In this document: in pieces, positions 30,536 to 42,692 of the stretch
Layout: each line of letters begins with the position of its first letter
How positions within the stretch are numbered: the first letter of the stretch is position 1
Origin: Lama guanicoe
Lineage: Eukaryota
Reading direction: 5' to 3'
DNA length: 64,000 nucleotides
NCBI GenBank assembly: GCA_013239625.1
Contig: MU056946.1
Span: forward strand, 2,728,001 to 2,792,000
Made by a program: the position numbers and the translations under genes
The notes under the pieces: model-generated
Told to the model about the DNA's origin: nothing
Database searches by the model: none
The model's input: the letters and a program-made list of their open reading frames with translations, nothing else

Positions 30536-33500
30536 TCATTCTTATTTTTTAAAATGTTTTGTACATCCAATAGACGTGTGCTGTTTACTGTTCAGAGAAA
30601 ATCAGGAGTTCATGGTCTTTAGAAATGTGTGATTTTAGGTGACCCTTTGTGCACAGAGCTAACTGTAAAAAGATCAGTTCATCCCCACCACTAGCCCCTC
30701 GGCCCTATCCCCACAAAATGTGTGTGGGATCCAGGTCCAGCCAGAAGACAGAACTTAAGAAAAGGTCTTTACATTTTTACTTTGTGTTTGTACCTTTTAA
30801 GGCAAAGCAACAATTTCTAATGATGGAGCCACAATTTTGAAACTCCTTGATGTTGTCCATCCTGCAGCAAAGACTTTAGTGGACATTGCCAAATCCCAAG
30901 ATGCTGAGGTAGGAAAATCAAGCCTCCGTGTTTCAGTGGAGATTGAAACACATGCGTGCTTGCTCCTTGGCTCTCCTCTCTTTAAAACATTTTGATTGTA
31001 TATCCAAAATTATTTCACAAGTAATACATGTTTGTAAAAAATATTTAGATGGAATTAATAGTCCTTTAAAATTCTCACTGTTCCACTGTATGTAGCTGAG
31101 TTCTTAGGACCAGGCCTGTGTGCTGTCATTCATATGAGTTGCTAGGTAAACAATTTAACCTCTCATCTGTTGTTCGCCTTATAATATGAGGCTGGAGACT
31201 GCTTCCAGTTTACCTTTTTCTTTTAAAAAAAATATATATGGTGGTAAAATATACATAGCATAAGACTTAGCATTTTAACATGTGCAAGTCAGTGACATTA
31301 ACCTGTCTGCATTTTTAAAAACCATTTCTAACACTGGAGTCTTGATAATAATGTTGAGAGAGATAGGTTTGCGTTTCAGAGTATTACAGATATGTCCTAT
31401 AGTTATATTAAAAGGTCTGTTAAGACGCAGTTTGTCCTATATATAAAGCAGTACGGCTTATATAAAATTAAAGTGACAAGAGTCTAGATTTGATCTGTTA
31501 ATGTTTTCAACAAGGGAATACCTTTCTGTCCAGGAAATTGACAGCTTAAACTCTTCACCACAGTACCTTTTTTTTCTCCCTAAAATCCCTTACATTACAC
31601 AGTGGACATAAGGGAGGTAAAAAAAATTTCTTCCAAAAAAAAAAAAAAAAGAGAAACTAAAACAAAAAAGAAACCAAAATAAATTCTTCCAAATCAGAGG
31701 TTAGCCAGTTTTCTTAAAAGCCTTCATTCTTCTTCTCCCTCATTAAAAATAGGATTTAGATCCCATCATAGAAAATTGCTGTGTGAGAAAGATTAGCAGA
31801 CTAGTAATCTGCTTATTCCAAATAGTGTTTAAAATACGAAGCACTTAGAGGTCTGTTTTGTAAACTTCTGTAGTAGTTTGTTCTCCTTAGAGAATGTTCG
31901 TCTCATACCTCTTGCTACCATGGTTATTTGTGATGGGTAAGCATCGTATTAGAAGCATGACGGAAACTGTCTTATTGATCATAGTACCTTGAACATAGTA
32001 AGTTCTCATTTGCATACATGATTTCGTATTCTGGGGAAGTTTGCCCAAGTCAGCCCTTTTTGGAGGATGGGCCTGGCTGGGGAGTTAATTTTGTGGCCCA
32101 GGTAATGAGATGGATACCTAACTACCAACACTTCTACTTGTTGTAAAAAGCAGTGCTTCCTGGAAAAGGCTTGACATTCATTTAAACGGCTCCCAGTTGG
32201 AATGGGTAGAATGCCTGAAAATGGAGTTTCAGGGCTTTATTCCTGAACATGAGAATACGTGAATTTCCTTTCGTCTTCTTCCAGGTCGGTGATGGCACCA
32301 CCTCAGTGACCCTGCTGGCTGCAGAGTTTCTGAAGCAGGTGAAATCCTACGTGGAGGAAGGTTTGCACCCACAGATCATCATCCGAGCTTTCCGCACTGC
32401 CACTCAGTTGGTATGGGAGCCCTGGTGAACTTGAGCACCTTGTGCCTGGACACCTTCATGTTTCTCCTAGGATTTACTGGGGTGTGGAGGGACTGGGAAC
32501 AGGGTTCCTTGAGCATTTTCTGAGTTCTCCCTAGGAATCGCTGTCTTATTAATAGCTCTGTGATAGCCGTTCAGTAGCTGGTTGACTAGATACGTTACTT
32601 AATCTCTTCAAGCCTCGGGTTTCCTGACAGACATGTAGATATACCATAGGCTCTTGGTAAATGAAAGCTACTTTTGTTTTTAATCCAGTACCTCTTGGCT
32701 CATCTTGAGACCTTGCTTTTATTGACCTTGACCTTCATTCTGTGGCCTGGGGCAAGTCAGTTCCTCTAGACCTTACTTTTTCTTTTTACTGTCCAGTTTT
32801 GGAGTGGTGACATTAAATGAAATCATATATGAGAAGTATGTAGGAAAGGATATCTTTTGAAAAGATATATTTAACGTATAAATATATATATCATATATTA
32901 TACAACATAGCAAATATATAAAGTACTAAAAGTTGTCATAGTTGCTTTCCATAAGCCAGAAGGCTTAGGCTAATCTAGTGTCATAGTGTTTCTACTCATT
33001 TGTTTCAATGCGTTACCTGCAGATCCAGAGCTGAATGTTGGAGGTTCCCTGATGATTCTTCAGAACTATACTTACTCTACATTTCTAACTTTGAGTGTTC
33101 TCTGAACTATAGAAATCTGTATTTGTCTAGGCAGCTACAAGATTTGGAAATGGTTTTTTGGTTATAGAGTAGAAATGCTTAAGATTTGGGAATAAACAGA
33201 TTGGGGACTAGGAAGAGAATTTGGGATCCACTTCTTCAGTTCTTTATTTTCTTGCAGGCAGTTAACAAGATAAAAGAGATCGCCGTGACTGTGAAGAGGG
33301 ACGATAAAGTGTAAGTTTGTGGTTGGCTTTGTCAGAACCTTGACTTCCTGTGGCCAGATTGGATGCATCATTATGCTGGGATCCCTATATGGGCCTGGGG
33401 CTGTTTGGTTTTTGCTAAACCCTTTGTCCCCCAGCCCGTGCAGTACAAGAGAGGCTGTAGACTGTAGTTTAAAAGCTGTCACTTGTGAAGTCTTTGACTG

Positions 33501-34461
33501 TAGTCACCATCTGTCACTGATACAGACGTTGAAGTTGTTGAGGGCTGAGTTTAGAGTATAGAACAGAAGCCGTCTTCACGTTGCAATAGAATCAGATAAG
33601 AGGGGCTTTCAGGACCTGATGCAGTCCCACCCTTGTGTCCTAGGGAGCAGAGGAAGCTGCTAGAGAAATGTGCCATGACTGCTCTGAGCTCCAAGCTGAT
33701 CTCCCAGCAGAAAGCCTTCTTCGCTAAGATGGTGGTGGACGCAGTAATAATGCTTGATGATTTGCTGCAGCTTAAAATGATTGGAATCAAGAAGGTGCAA
33801 GGTGGCGCCCTAGAGGTAAGCCTGCTATGGCCTCTCTAGGAGGTTCTTGCTTTCACACTGCCCCTTCAGACAGCTTGGCATCACAGGAGAGCACACATTA
33901 TAGGTGTAGAGAGAATGCACTTTGGACTGGGAGGCAGGCTGGAGCTGTTCCCCATACTGCTGCCTACTGTGGGTGCATTTGTCACCTCTGTGGACCTATA
34001 TTTACTTGTCAGCAAAATGGAAGATTGAACCGGCTGATTTTCAGAATCTTGGTGTTAATGTGGGAGGGTATAGAGCTAGCTCTGATAAATAATCTAAAAC
34101 TCTCTCAATGAATAAATATGAGAAGTATTTTCCAGTCCATTCTTCTCCAAGTGATATGGCCAAACTTCTTTCTTTTGGCCATTTATTTTGAATAGATGAT
34201 ACATAATTCAAAGGGTATAGAAGGTCCTAAAGGAAAAAATAAATGTCCCCTACACCACTCCTGCACCAGATACAACCACTGTTAACTCTGTGTGTGTGTG
34301 TCCTTCCAGAAGTACTCTGTGCGTCTATAAGTACAAATATAAATACTTTTTTCTTAAACACAAATGCTCACTTATAATACATAGTGTTCTGCAACTTGCT
34401 TTTGTCTATTTAACAACCTATTTTATAATTTGATCCACATCAGCATGTGTAGCTCTAAACT

Positions 34462-34655
34462 CAGTGCTGCCCAATAGAACTTTCTGTTGGAATGGGACTG
34501 TTACATATCTGTGCTGCCCAGTACGATAGCCAGTAGCCAGGTGTGGCTACTGAGTACTTGAAATGCTTTTAGTGGAACGGAGGAACTGAATTTTAAGTTT
34601 AATTTTCGCTTATTTAAATTTAAAAAGCAACATGTGGCTAGTGTATTGCACAGCA
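34462..34655. mobile_element. MER3 hAT-Charlie MITE
   Basis: cagtgctgcccaatagaactttctg...tagccagtagccaggtgtggctactgagtacttgaaatg...atgtggctagtg...gcacagca. Confidence 0.7.
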
Positions 34656-37600
34656 TATTTTCTAACACAGAAGTATCTGTCTGGAAACAGTCTTTGATGT
34701 TGGTGTCTCTGTGCTACTTCGGACTTTTTCCAATCCTTGGCCTGCCCTACTTTTTCCTTTACTCTTCCTTGGTGACCTCAGCCTGAAGTGATTTGGAAAG
34801 GGCAAGACCTGCTTGAATTGGAGTATTATATGCTGGCACTTTGCTTTTTGTTCTTTGACTTGTACTTCTCCAAATTGCATTTCCATTCTGTCCATCTCCC
34901 TCCTCTTCCTCCTGTCATGGTACATGTCCATGGGCTAAGGTCTTCTTTCCGTAATAAAGCTGTGAGGAATCTGGAGGTCATCTGAGTCATTCCCCTGTCT
35001 TCAGGCCCCAGTTTCACTCATGTTTCAGCCCATTCTCTCCATCATGGCTTGCCAACTTTGTCTTTATGCAATGCTTTTGTAGTAATGTTCCATCTTCTCC
35101 TGTGCCTTCCTACTTCCATAGACCCTTGAGATTAGATTAGCATTCACTAAACTAGGGATCAGAACTAATAATCTCACTGCTGAGAAAGCCAGGGGCTCCA
35201 GGCCACACATACTTTCTTTCAGACTGCCCCACATCCCTTAACTCTATGTAAAACCCTTAACACAGAACCTGACACATAGAATTCAGTAAATGGTGGTGGT
35301 TATTATTTAGTTATTCTCAGGATTAACTGAGAACTTCCTGATCTATATCTTCAACCTTTACCTCTCCCTTGAGCTTTCCACTCCTGTGTCTGACTGCTGC
35401 CGAACTCACTGTCTTGTCCTCCAAACCTGTAATCTTTTCTGTATTCCTTGACATAGTTGGTATCATCACCATTATTCAGTCGCTCAACCCAGAAATCTAG
35501 GGTCATCTGATTGATGACCATTGTCTGATTTTATCTACCAATTTATCATTTATTTCTTCAGTCTGTCTCTTTTACTAGACCATTGTCCTAGTAGTGGTCA
35601 CCCTTCCTCTACTCTCGCATCCCCTAAATCCACCCTATTTTCTGTGGCAGGGTGAAGCTCCCCAGTTTACACTGTGTGTAAAACCTGTTGGGGTTCTACG
35701 TTGCCTATGGAATAAGAGCCAGGCCTTAGCAGAGCCTTTAAGGTTCTCCTAAACTGGTTTCTTCTCTCTTACTTTGTATTCCAGCAACTGCAAATGGCTT
35801 TTCATCCTCTGATTCCACCGCACTGCTTCTGCTTCCTAGGAACATCTTCTTCTTTCTCTTTCCTATGTGACTAATTTCTATTTATCCATCTTGATTCAGT
35901 TCACACATCATCCCCTCTAGGAGACTGTAGATTTGAATGATGCATGAATCTGTTCACTGATAGGCTACAGTAAATGGACTGGGATTGTAAATTCGCACTG
36001 GCAGAGAACATACGGGTCATTGAACTGAATATCCCCTTCTTTATGGAGTGCGAAATGACTAGGTCATTTAGTAAGAAAGAGATCTGAGGTCTGAACGTAA
36101 GTCTTTGATAAGGCTGAAGTCACTTCCAGGCACAACATGCTTTCTATTCTGCCCTGCTCTTAAGTCCACTCCACAGCAAGCTCGGTTATGCAGCGAGTGG
36201 TGGTAGTTCATGTTTTGAGGGATCAAGATGGGGGGAGCCACAGTGATAGCACGGGAGCTGTGCAGGAAATTCCTGACCCTTAGGACTTTTTGTTTTCATC
36301 TCCTGGAAGGAGGAAGCTTCTAGGCCATAGCACACAGGTGTGTGTGCTCACGTGCAGTAGAGGTAGGGAGGAATATTGTGTGAGCAGTAGGAGACTGGGA
36401 GGTGGGGAGTTGGGATCAAAGTGTGTCCCTTGACACCTGCTCTGGAGGTAAGTCTTAGAGGACAGCCCTTTACCATGCTTGGCCTCTGCAAGCTAAATGA
36501 TTTTCTTTATATTGACGGGGCAACCAGAATATGATCTGTATTTTTTCCAGCTTTTATGGTGATAGAAAGGCTTTGTTAGAACGGTGAAGTAAATAAAAAC
36601 ATGGTTAACTCTTCCAGGTTCACAAAAATGGACATGCATTGGCCCAGCGCACCACTAACTTGATTTCATTTCATGCTAGTACTGAATTGTTGAATTGTTT
36701 TATGTTTTTTTTAACAGGAGTCCCAGCTCGTAGCTGGTGTCGCATTCAAGAAGACTTTCTCTTATGCTGGGTTTGAAATGCAACCCAAAAAGTACTATAA
36801 TCCAACGATTGCCCTTTTAAATGTTGAGCTGGAGCTGAAAGCTGAGAAAGATAATGCTGAAATCAGAGTCCACACAGTTGAGGTAGGCCCTACCAGCTGG
36901 CAGTGGCATGGAAATGGGCAGCATTCTGGGCCAAAGTCTTGGGCCTTTGTGGCCATCTTGGGCCCAGCTCTGTTTCTCAGGTACATAATGGGCTCCTTTC
37001 TCCTCCTGTTTCCCTAAATATTGATGTCTAAATATTGGGCCCACTTCTTTACTCACTTTATGCTCTCTCTGAGTGACCTCGACATGAGGAGGTTTGGATA
37101 GGGCAAATCTGTTGAAAAATTAGCCTCTGGCCCCACCGGAGGGGTGGCCGGGGCTCTCTGGCTATACAGTGAGCCTGGTATTTTGATTCCTCTTACTTGG
37201 GAAGATGTGAGCCTTCTAGACCGAGTCCCACACTGCAGGAAAAGGTATGCTCCCAACATTGATATTACCAAGGCTGTCTGCAGGTAGCAGTGTCACTCAG
37301 CCATAAGCAGGTATCTTTGGGAAATGTGTCTTCAATGCAAAGTAGCCTTTGTGGGAAAGGGTCTTGTCCTTGGGAACTCCACGGGTGCAACACCTCAGAG
37401 GAGGCTAGAACTTAGCCAGGCTACACTGTGTCTCACACCTTGGCAAATGCCAGCTCTGGAGTTGCTCCCAGTCCTCAGGTCATTTCCTGCTTTGTGGTTG
37501 AAAGTTTTAGGTGGTTCCTAAGTTGACTGAAGAGAGGCTGGCTATTCAGTTTAGCCTCATAAGTAAATCAATGTATTTTATTTTGGAGGGATTTTTTTTT

Positions 37601-38430
37601 TGAGGAATATATTTTAATATGCCATATATGCTAACATCCACCTCAAAGCATCCTCATCCTTTTCTGGGTTTCTTCAGGATTATCAGGCAATTGTTGATGC
37701 TGAGTGGAACATTCTCTACGACAAGTTAGAGAGGATCCATCAGTCTGGAGCCAAAGTCGTCTTGTCAAAGCTCCCCATTGGGGATGTGGCCACCCAGTAC
37801 TTCGCTGACAGGGACATGTTCTGTGCTGGCCGAGTGCCGGAGGAGGATCTGAAGAGGACAATGATGGTAACCAAGTTTTCATAGGCTGCTTCCTGGTTGT
37901 TGTGCCCCCAAAGGTGCACTGGAGTACGCTGTTGGGTTGGCATGTCAGTCTAGGCCTGTCTTCTTAACTCCTTTTCCCATGAAACACTACAGTCCCAGTG
38001 TGTGTATGCTCAGTATACAAAAGTAGTCTAACCAAAACAAGTCAGGAAATCTAATTTGTGAGGGAACCTAGCAGTAGTACTATGATCACTGGATAAGCTC
38101 AAGTATTTATGCTTCCAGACAGGTTTCTTCCCTTTCTTCTTGAGCATCTTACCAAAGATGCTTTAGGGCTAAAGCACCGATCCTGACTTCAGTTGCTGGG
38201 CCCAAGGCACTCTAGTTTGGGGGAGAGGGTGTTGGGTGAAGCGAAGGGTCACTGACATTTCCTTTTAAGCAGGTTTATTTACCCGTCATATGTCTTAGTT
38301 CTGTTTTGTTTTCTCCTCTTCTAGAGGGAGCCTGGAGGTCAAGGGTGAGAGTGGGTCACCCAGTGCAGAAGTCTCTGGGGTACCGTGGCCATGTAACCTG
38401 GGAATTGGCTTTAAGACTAGGTGGCAGGCA

Positions 38431-38576
38431 GGGGGAGAAGGGTATGTAGCTCAAGTGGTAGAGCGCATGCTTAGCATACACAAGGTCCTGGATTCATTCT
38501 CTAGTACCTCCTCTAAAAATAAATAAATTAGTAAACTAATCCCCCCCCCCAAATTAATAAAAATTAAAAAAATAAG
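38431..38576 (+). mobile_element. tRNA-Ala-derived SINE (camelid Vic-1-like) in CCT7 intron 8
   Basis: gggtatgtagctcaagtggtagagcgcatgcttagcatacacaaggtcctggattca...aaaaataaataaa...cccccccccc plus an A-rich tail. Target-site duplication taggtggcagg at 38418-38428 and 38577-38587. Confidence 0.88.
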
Positions 38577-41177
38577 TAGGTGGCAGGAAGCTCACTTCTG
38601 ACCTCATGTGAGCCTTCGCCGCTAGGTGATCTTGCTGCTTGTGTTCCTCAGGCTTGCGGGGGCTCCATCCAGACCAGTGTGAACGCTCTGTCAGCAGATG
38701 TGCTGGGCTGCTGCCAGGTCTTTGAAGAGACGCAGATTGGAGGCGAGAGGTGAGCCGTAGGCCCGGGCCCCCTATTTGCTTGGCTCACGAGACCTGCCTG
38801 GCTGCGGCCTTCTGCCGCCTTTGGGATGTCGTGTGTATGGCATGTGCTACTCTCATCTGAGAGCTCATCTTTTGAGGCATAAAGAACTCAGGTAAATTGA
38901 GTGTTTCAGGAGGGGTGAGGATCCAGTTGGGTCTGAAGGCTGACTCCAAAATCTTTATGTCCCAGTGGTACAGCCCTAGACCTTCCCAAAAACGTGTCTT
39001 TAAGGGTGGGATTAGAGAGCCTTCGTGAGGAACAGAAGAGCAGCTGCTGAGTGTCTGGAGGACTTGCTGAGGTCAGAATATGGTAGTTGGCAGCAGAAAG
39101 CAGTTCACATACATGATTTGACCCCGCATATAGGTACAATTTCTTCACTGGCTGCCCCAAGGCCAAGACTTGCACTATCATCCTCCGTGGTGGCGCTGAG
39201 CAGTTTATGGAGGAGACAGAGCGGTCCCTGCACGATGCCATCATGATCGTCAGGAGGGCCATCAAGGTACTAGGCTGGGGGCTCCCAGCCTGCACAGCTC
39301 ATTCTACCTCCTGAGCTGACAAGAACCTGGATTTGTGTGGTGATTCCTTCCCTATACAACCTGCTTTCCACGCAGGGCATGTAGGCCCTGATTGTCTCAC
39401 AGATTGTAAAGAAACAGCTTCAGTCTCAAAATAGGTCATGCTCCCTTAAAGGCTAAGACTTGTGAGCAACTGTGGAGCTGATGTAGTCAGCCGTCCCAGA
39501 GATTGTGCCAATGCCCTCAAGCTGCAAGTGACCTTGAAGTTGGTCAGAAACCGTAATGTTCACCAGATTAAAGTTGGGATGTGCTAGACACGGTCCATGT
39601 CTGGACCTCCTGGGGCTTGGGCTGGGGGAAGGAATAAGGAACCTCTCTCTGGGTCAGGGGGCCTATTGACTGAGTGGCCCAATTTAGCCATGGCTGGAGC
39701 TTGGACCAGGGGACGCCTTGCATTTAGAGGTGGGTCTTGTCTCTGCAGAATGATTCAGTGGTGGCAGGTGGCGGTGCCATTGAGATGGAGCTCTCCAAGT
39801 ACCTGCGAGATTACTCAAGGACCATTCCAGGAAAACAGCAGCTACTGATTGGGGCTTATGCCAAGGCCTTGGAAATTATCCCACGCCAGCTGTGCGACAA
39901 TGCTGGCTTTGATGCCACAAACATCCTCAACAAGCTGCGGGCTCGGCATGCCCAGGTGGGTTACTCCTCTCCTCAGGGGCCAGGGGTTTGATGGATGGGG
40001 CTATATTCTGAGTGTGTGCTGTGCTTACTCAAGCCCTGCGTGGTCAGCCCAGGTGATGGTGCTGGCACCAAACCCAGTACCACCTGACTGCCTCCTCTGA
40101 GGTCAGAAGGAAAGCCACGGTGCCAGGGCTGGAGGTTCCAGGGTTTCTTCGGTGCTTCTACCAAGAGTGTAATCGGTGCTCACAGTGCATTGACAGGAAC
40201 CAGAGGAACCCTATAGCCTTCTGTCTGGAAGCACACGCTGACCTCGTGTACTGGGTTTCTCAGTGTGGTGGTGAAGCACTCCCAGGCCCTGCTGACAGTA
40301 GTCCAGCCATGGCTCTGCCACCTCCAAGTTGTGACCTCTCTGAGAACTTAATTTGTTCATCTGCTATTTAGCAAATCTTTGTTAAATGCTCAGTGCTGTG
40401 ACAGCAGCACTCAGTGAGTGACCTTGCTTCTGACTTGGGTTAGAACTTAAAGCAAGTCACTTTACTGCTGTGTGTCTCGGTTTCCTTGTCTGTAAAATAG
40501 GAACTGATGGAGGCATTGAGATGATAAGGGATTGGAAAGTGTTCTTTTTGAGAAGCAGGGTTTGACATACACAGTCCTCAGGTAACTTGAGGATGGGGCC
40601 TCCCTAAAACACAGCAGCGGGAGCGGGCCTGGAGGGCTTCTGCGGTCGGCCTTTCCCAGGTTAGAAGGGGCAGTGGTGGGAGGAGGTGCACTTTCAGGCT
40701 CCTGTTGTGATGCCGGCAGGTTCAGAGTCTGGGGATTCCTAACAATCCAGGTCATTGGGAGGGTGTGCAGGAAGAACCGTGAGGGCCGTTTCATATCTTC
40801 TTCTCCCTCTCTGCTCTCAGGGGGGCATGTGGTACGGGGTGGACATCAACAACGAGGACATTGCTGACAACTTTGAGGCCTTCGTGTGGGAGCCAGCCAT
40901 GGTGCGGATCAATGCGCTGACGGCAGCCTCGGAGGCCGCATGCCTTATCGTGTCTGTAGATGAAACGATCAAGAACCCTCGCTCAACAGTGGACGCACCC
41001 CCAGCTGCTGGCCGGGGCCGAGGTCGTGGCCGCCCTCACTGAGAGGCACCCCGGCGCTCACAAGAGTTGGCCAGCAGGCTGGCTGCAGGCTGTGCTTCAC
41101 TCACTCTGTCTTGGTCAAATGGTGTTACAAGGAAGGGGTAGTATTTGGCCCACTCTGTTCTCACTGGAGGTTATTTA

Positions 41178-41183
41178 AATAAA
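41178..41183 (+). terminator. CCT7 poly(A) signal AATAAA
   Basis: About 135 nt after the stop codon. Confidence 0.8.
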
Positions 41184-42686
41184 ACTTAAGACTTAGAATT
41201 CATTTTCCACATTATTTAGGCACAAGAGTTTTACTCATGAATGTCTTGACTGCAGCTCAGGATTTTAGCTTCGCGTGTACTCACCTAACAGGTAGAAAAG
41301 AGAAAATGACCTTCTCTCCTTTGGGCTGAGTCTTCCACAGCCTCTCGTTGTTAAAGTGGGCTGTAGGTCCACTGCCAGGGCAGAAGCTCCACTGGACTGG
41401 CCCCTGCCTGGAAGTTTCACTTTGGTTGCTTTCTCAGTCCTAGAAGCTGACGTGGAGTCACTTCCTTGTCTTCTGACATCATCTTACTTAGCCCTGGCCT
41501 AGCCGGGCATTCCTCCCCGGGTTTCTCTGAGTTTGAGTAAATGCATCACATTACCTTGTCTGCCTTTTCTGCTCCCATATTCTTTTGGCTCAGTCCTTTC
41601 ATCCCTCTTACTCAAGATTTTGAGGTTGAGGGCTTGGAGGAATGTTTTAGAGAGGCCACACCCTCTCCAATTCTTAGGTTTCCATTGAGGACGTAGCTGA
41701 AGGAGCCCCACCCGGTCTTCTCCATTCACGGTCAGTAGTCTTGGGGGTCCCTTCCACTTTCTTCTGACCAGTGGAAGTTTGGAATGGCTAGCGCAGATAA
41801 ACGAAATCAGCAGAGTCTGCCTCATTTATGCTAGTCCTGAGAGTTGGCCTGCAGCTAGCTGTAATTAATAGTTGTTGAACCCAGAAGTAAAGAATTATGT
41901 ACCTTGAGCCACTGAAGCTTCTGCTGCTGAATCTGGAAAAGGATTTTTTAAAAAAAACCTTTGAGTCGAACCACTCATGGTTAGATGGACTCAAAAGCAG
42001 AATGAGGTGGTGGCAGGTCCAGACTTTGGAGTTTGGCATTCCTCCTAACTTGATGGTCCTGAACTAAGTTCTTTCAGCTGTTCTGTATGCCGATGACAGT
42101 AGCTGACTGAGTTGCAGGGGTAAGTGTTCATCTACTAGTTCGATGCTAGAGCCACACACAGTTTAAGCCTCAACACCTGTTTTTTCTGATTTTTAAATAG
42201 ACCTGAGTAATTGAATCAGTGGGGAAACCCCATTTTGTAAAATGGGCACATTGAACCAGCCCGTGATAGACAACTTGGTCTCCATCAAGCCAAAGCCTGA
42301 CTGGCTGGCCAGAGCCTCCTAGGGTGACCACGCCAGTGAGGGGATGGGTGGTGTCTGCTGTTCCTGCTGTACTTGTGCTGGGTTGCCCTTGAGGATGGCG
42401 GCTTCTGGCTGAGAGTCAGAAATGACACCTCAAGTCTTTCTGTCCGCCTGCAGACACCGAAAGCTGTGGCAGGGGCAGAAGCCTTCGTGGCCTTCCTCCA
42501 GCGATGTCTGCTGTCCTGAGACAGGTCATCCTGATGCTTCACTTCACCTCACTGATGCCACTCAGTTCATCCACCTCCTTCCTACCTCAGTGCATTCAGC
42601 CTCAGAAAGGTTTGGGGACAGACTGGCAAATGTGGCCACCTACCATTTACTTCCCTGAGGCAGATACTGTTCCAGTTTCACCATCT

Positions 42687-42692
42687 TTTATT
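42687..42692 (-). terminator. FBXO41 poly(A) signal AATAAA (implies ~4.2-kb 3' UTR)
   Basis: TTTATT on the + strand, next to a UG/U-rich minus-strand stretch. A long 3' UTR is typical of this neuronal gene. Confidence 0.6.

Noticed and set aside
37987-38000. Second ZNF143-like motif actacagtcccag in CCT7 intron 8
   Set aside because: The spacer is one base short and the site is far from any CpG island or promoter.
30460-38515. tRNA-Ala genes at 30460-30535 and 38440-38515
   Set aside because: Both have A-rich tails, target-site duplications and disrupted stems, so they are SINEs rather than functional tRNAs.
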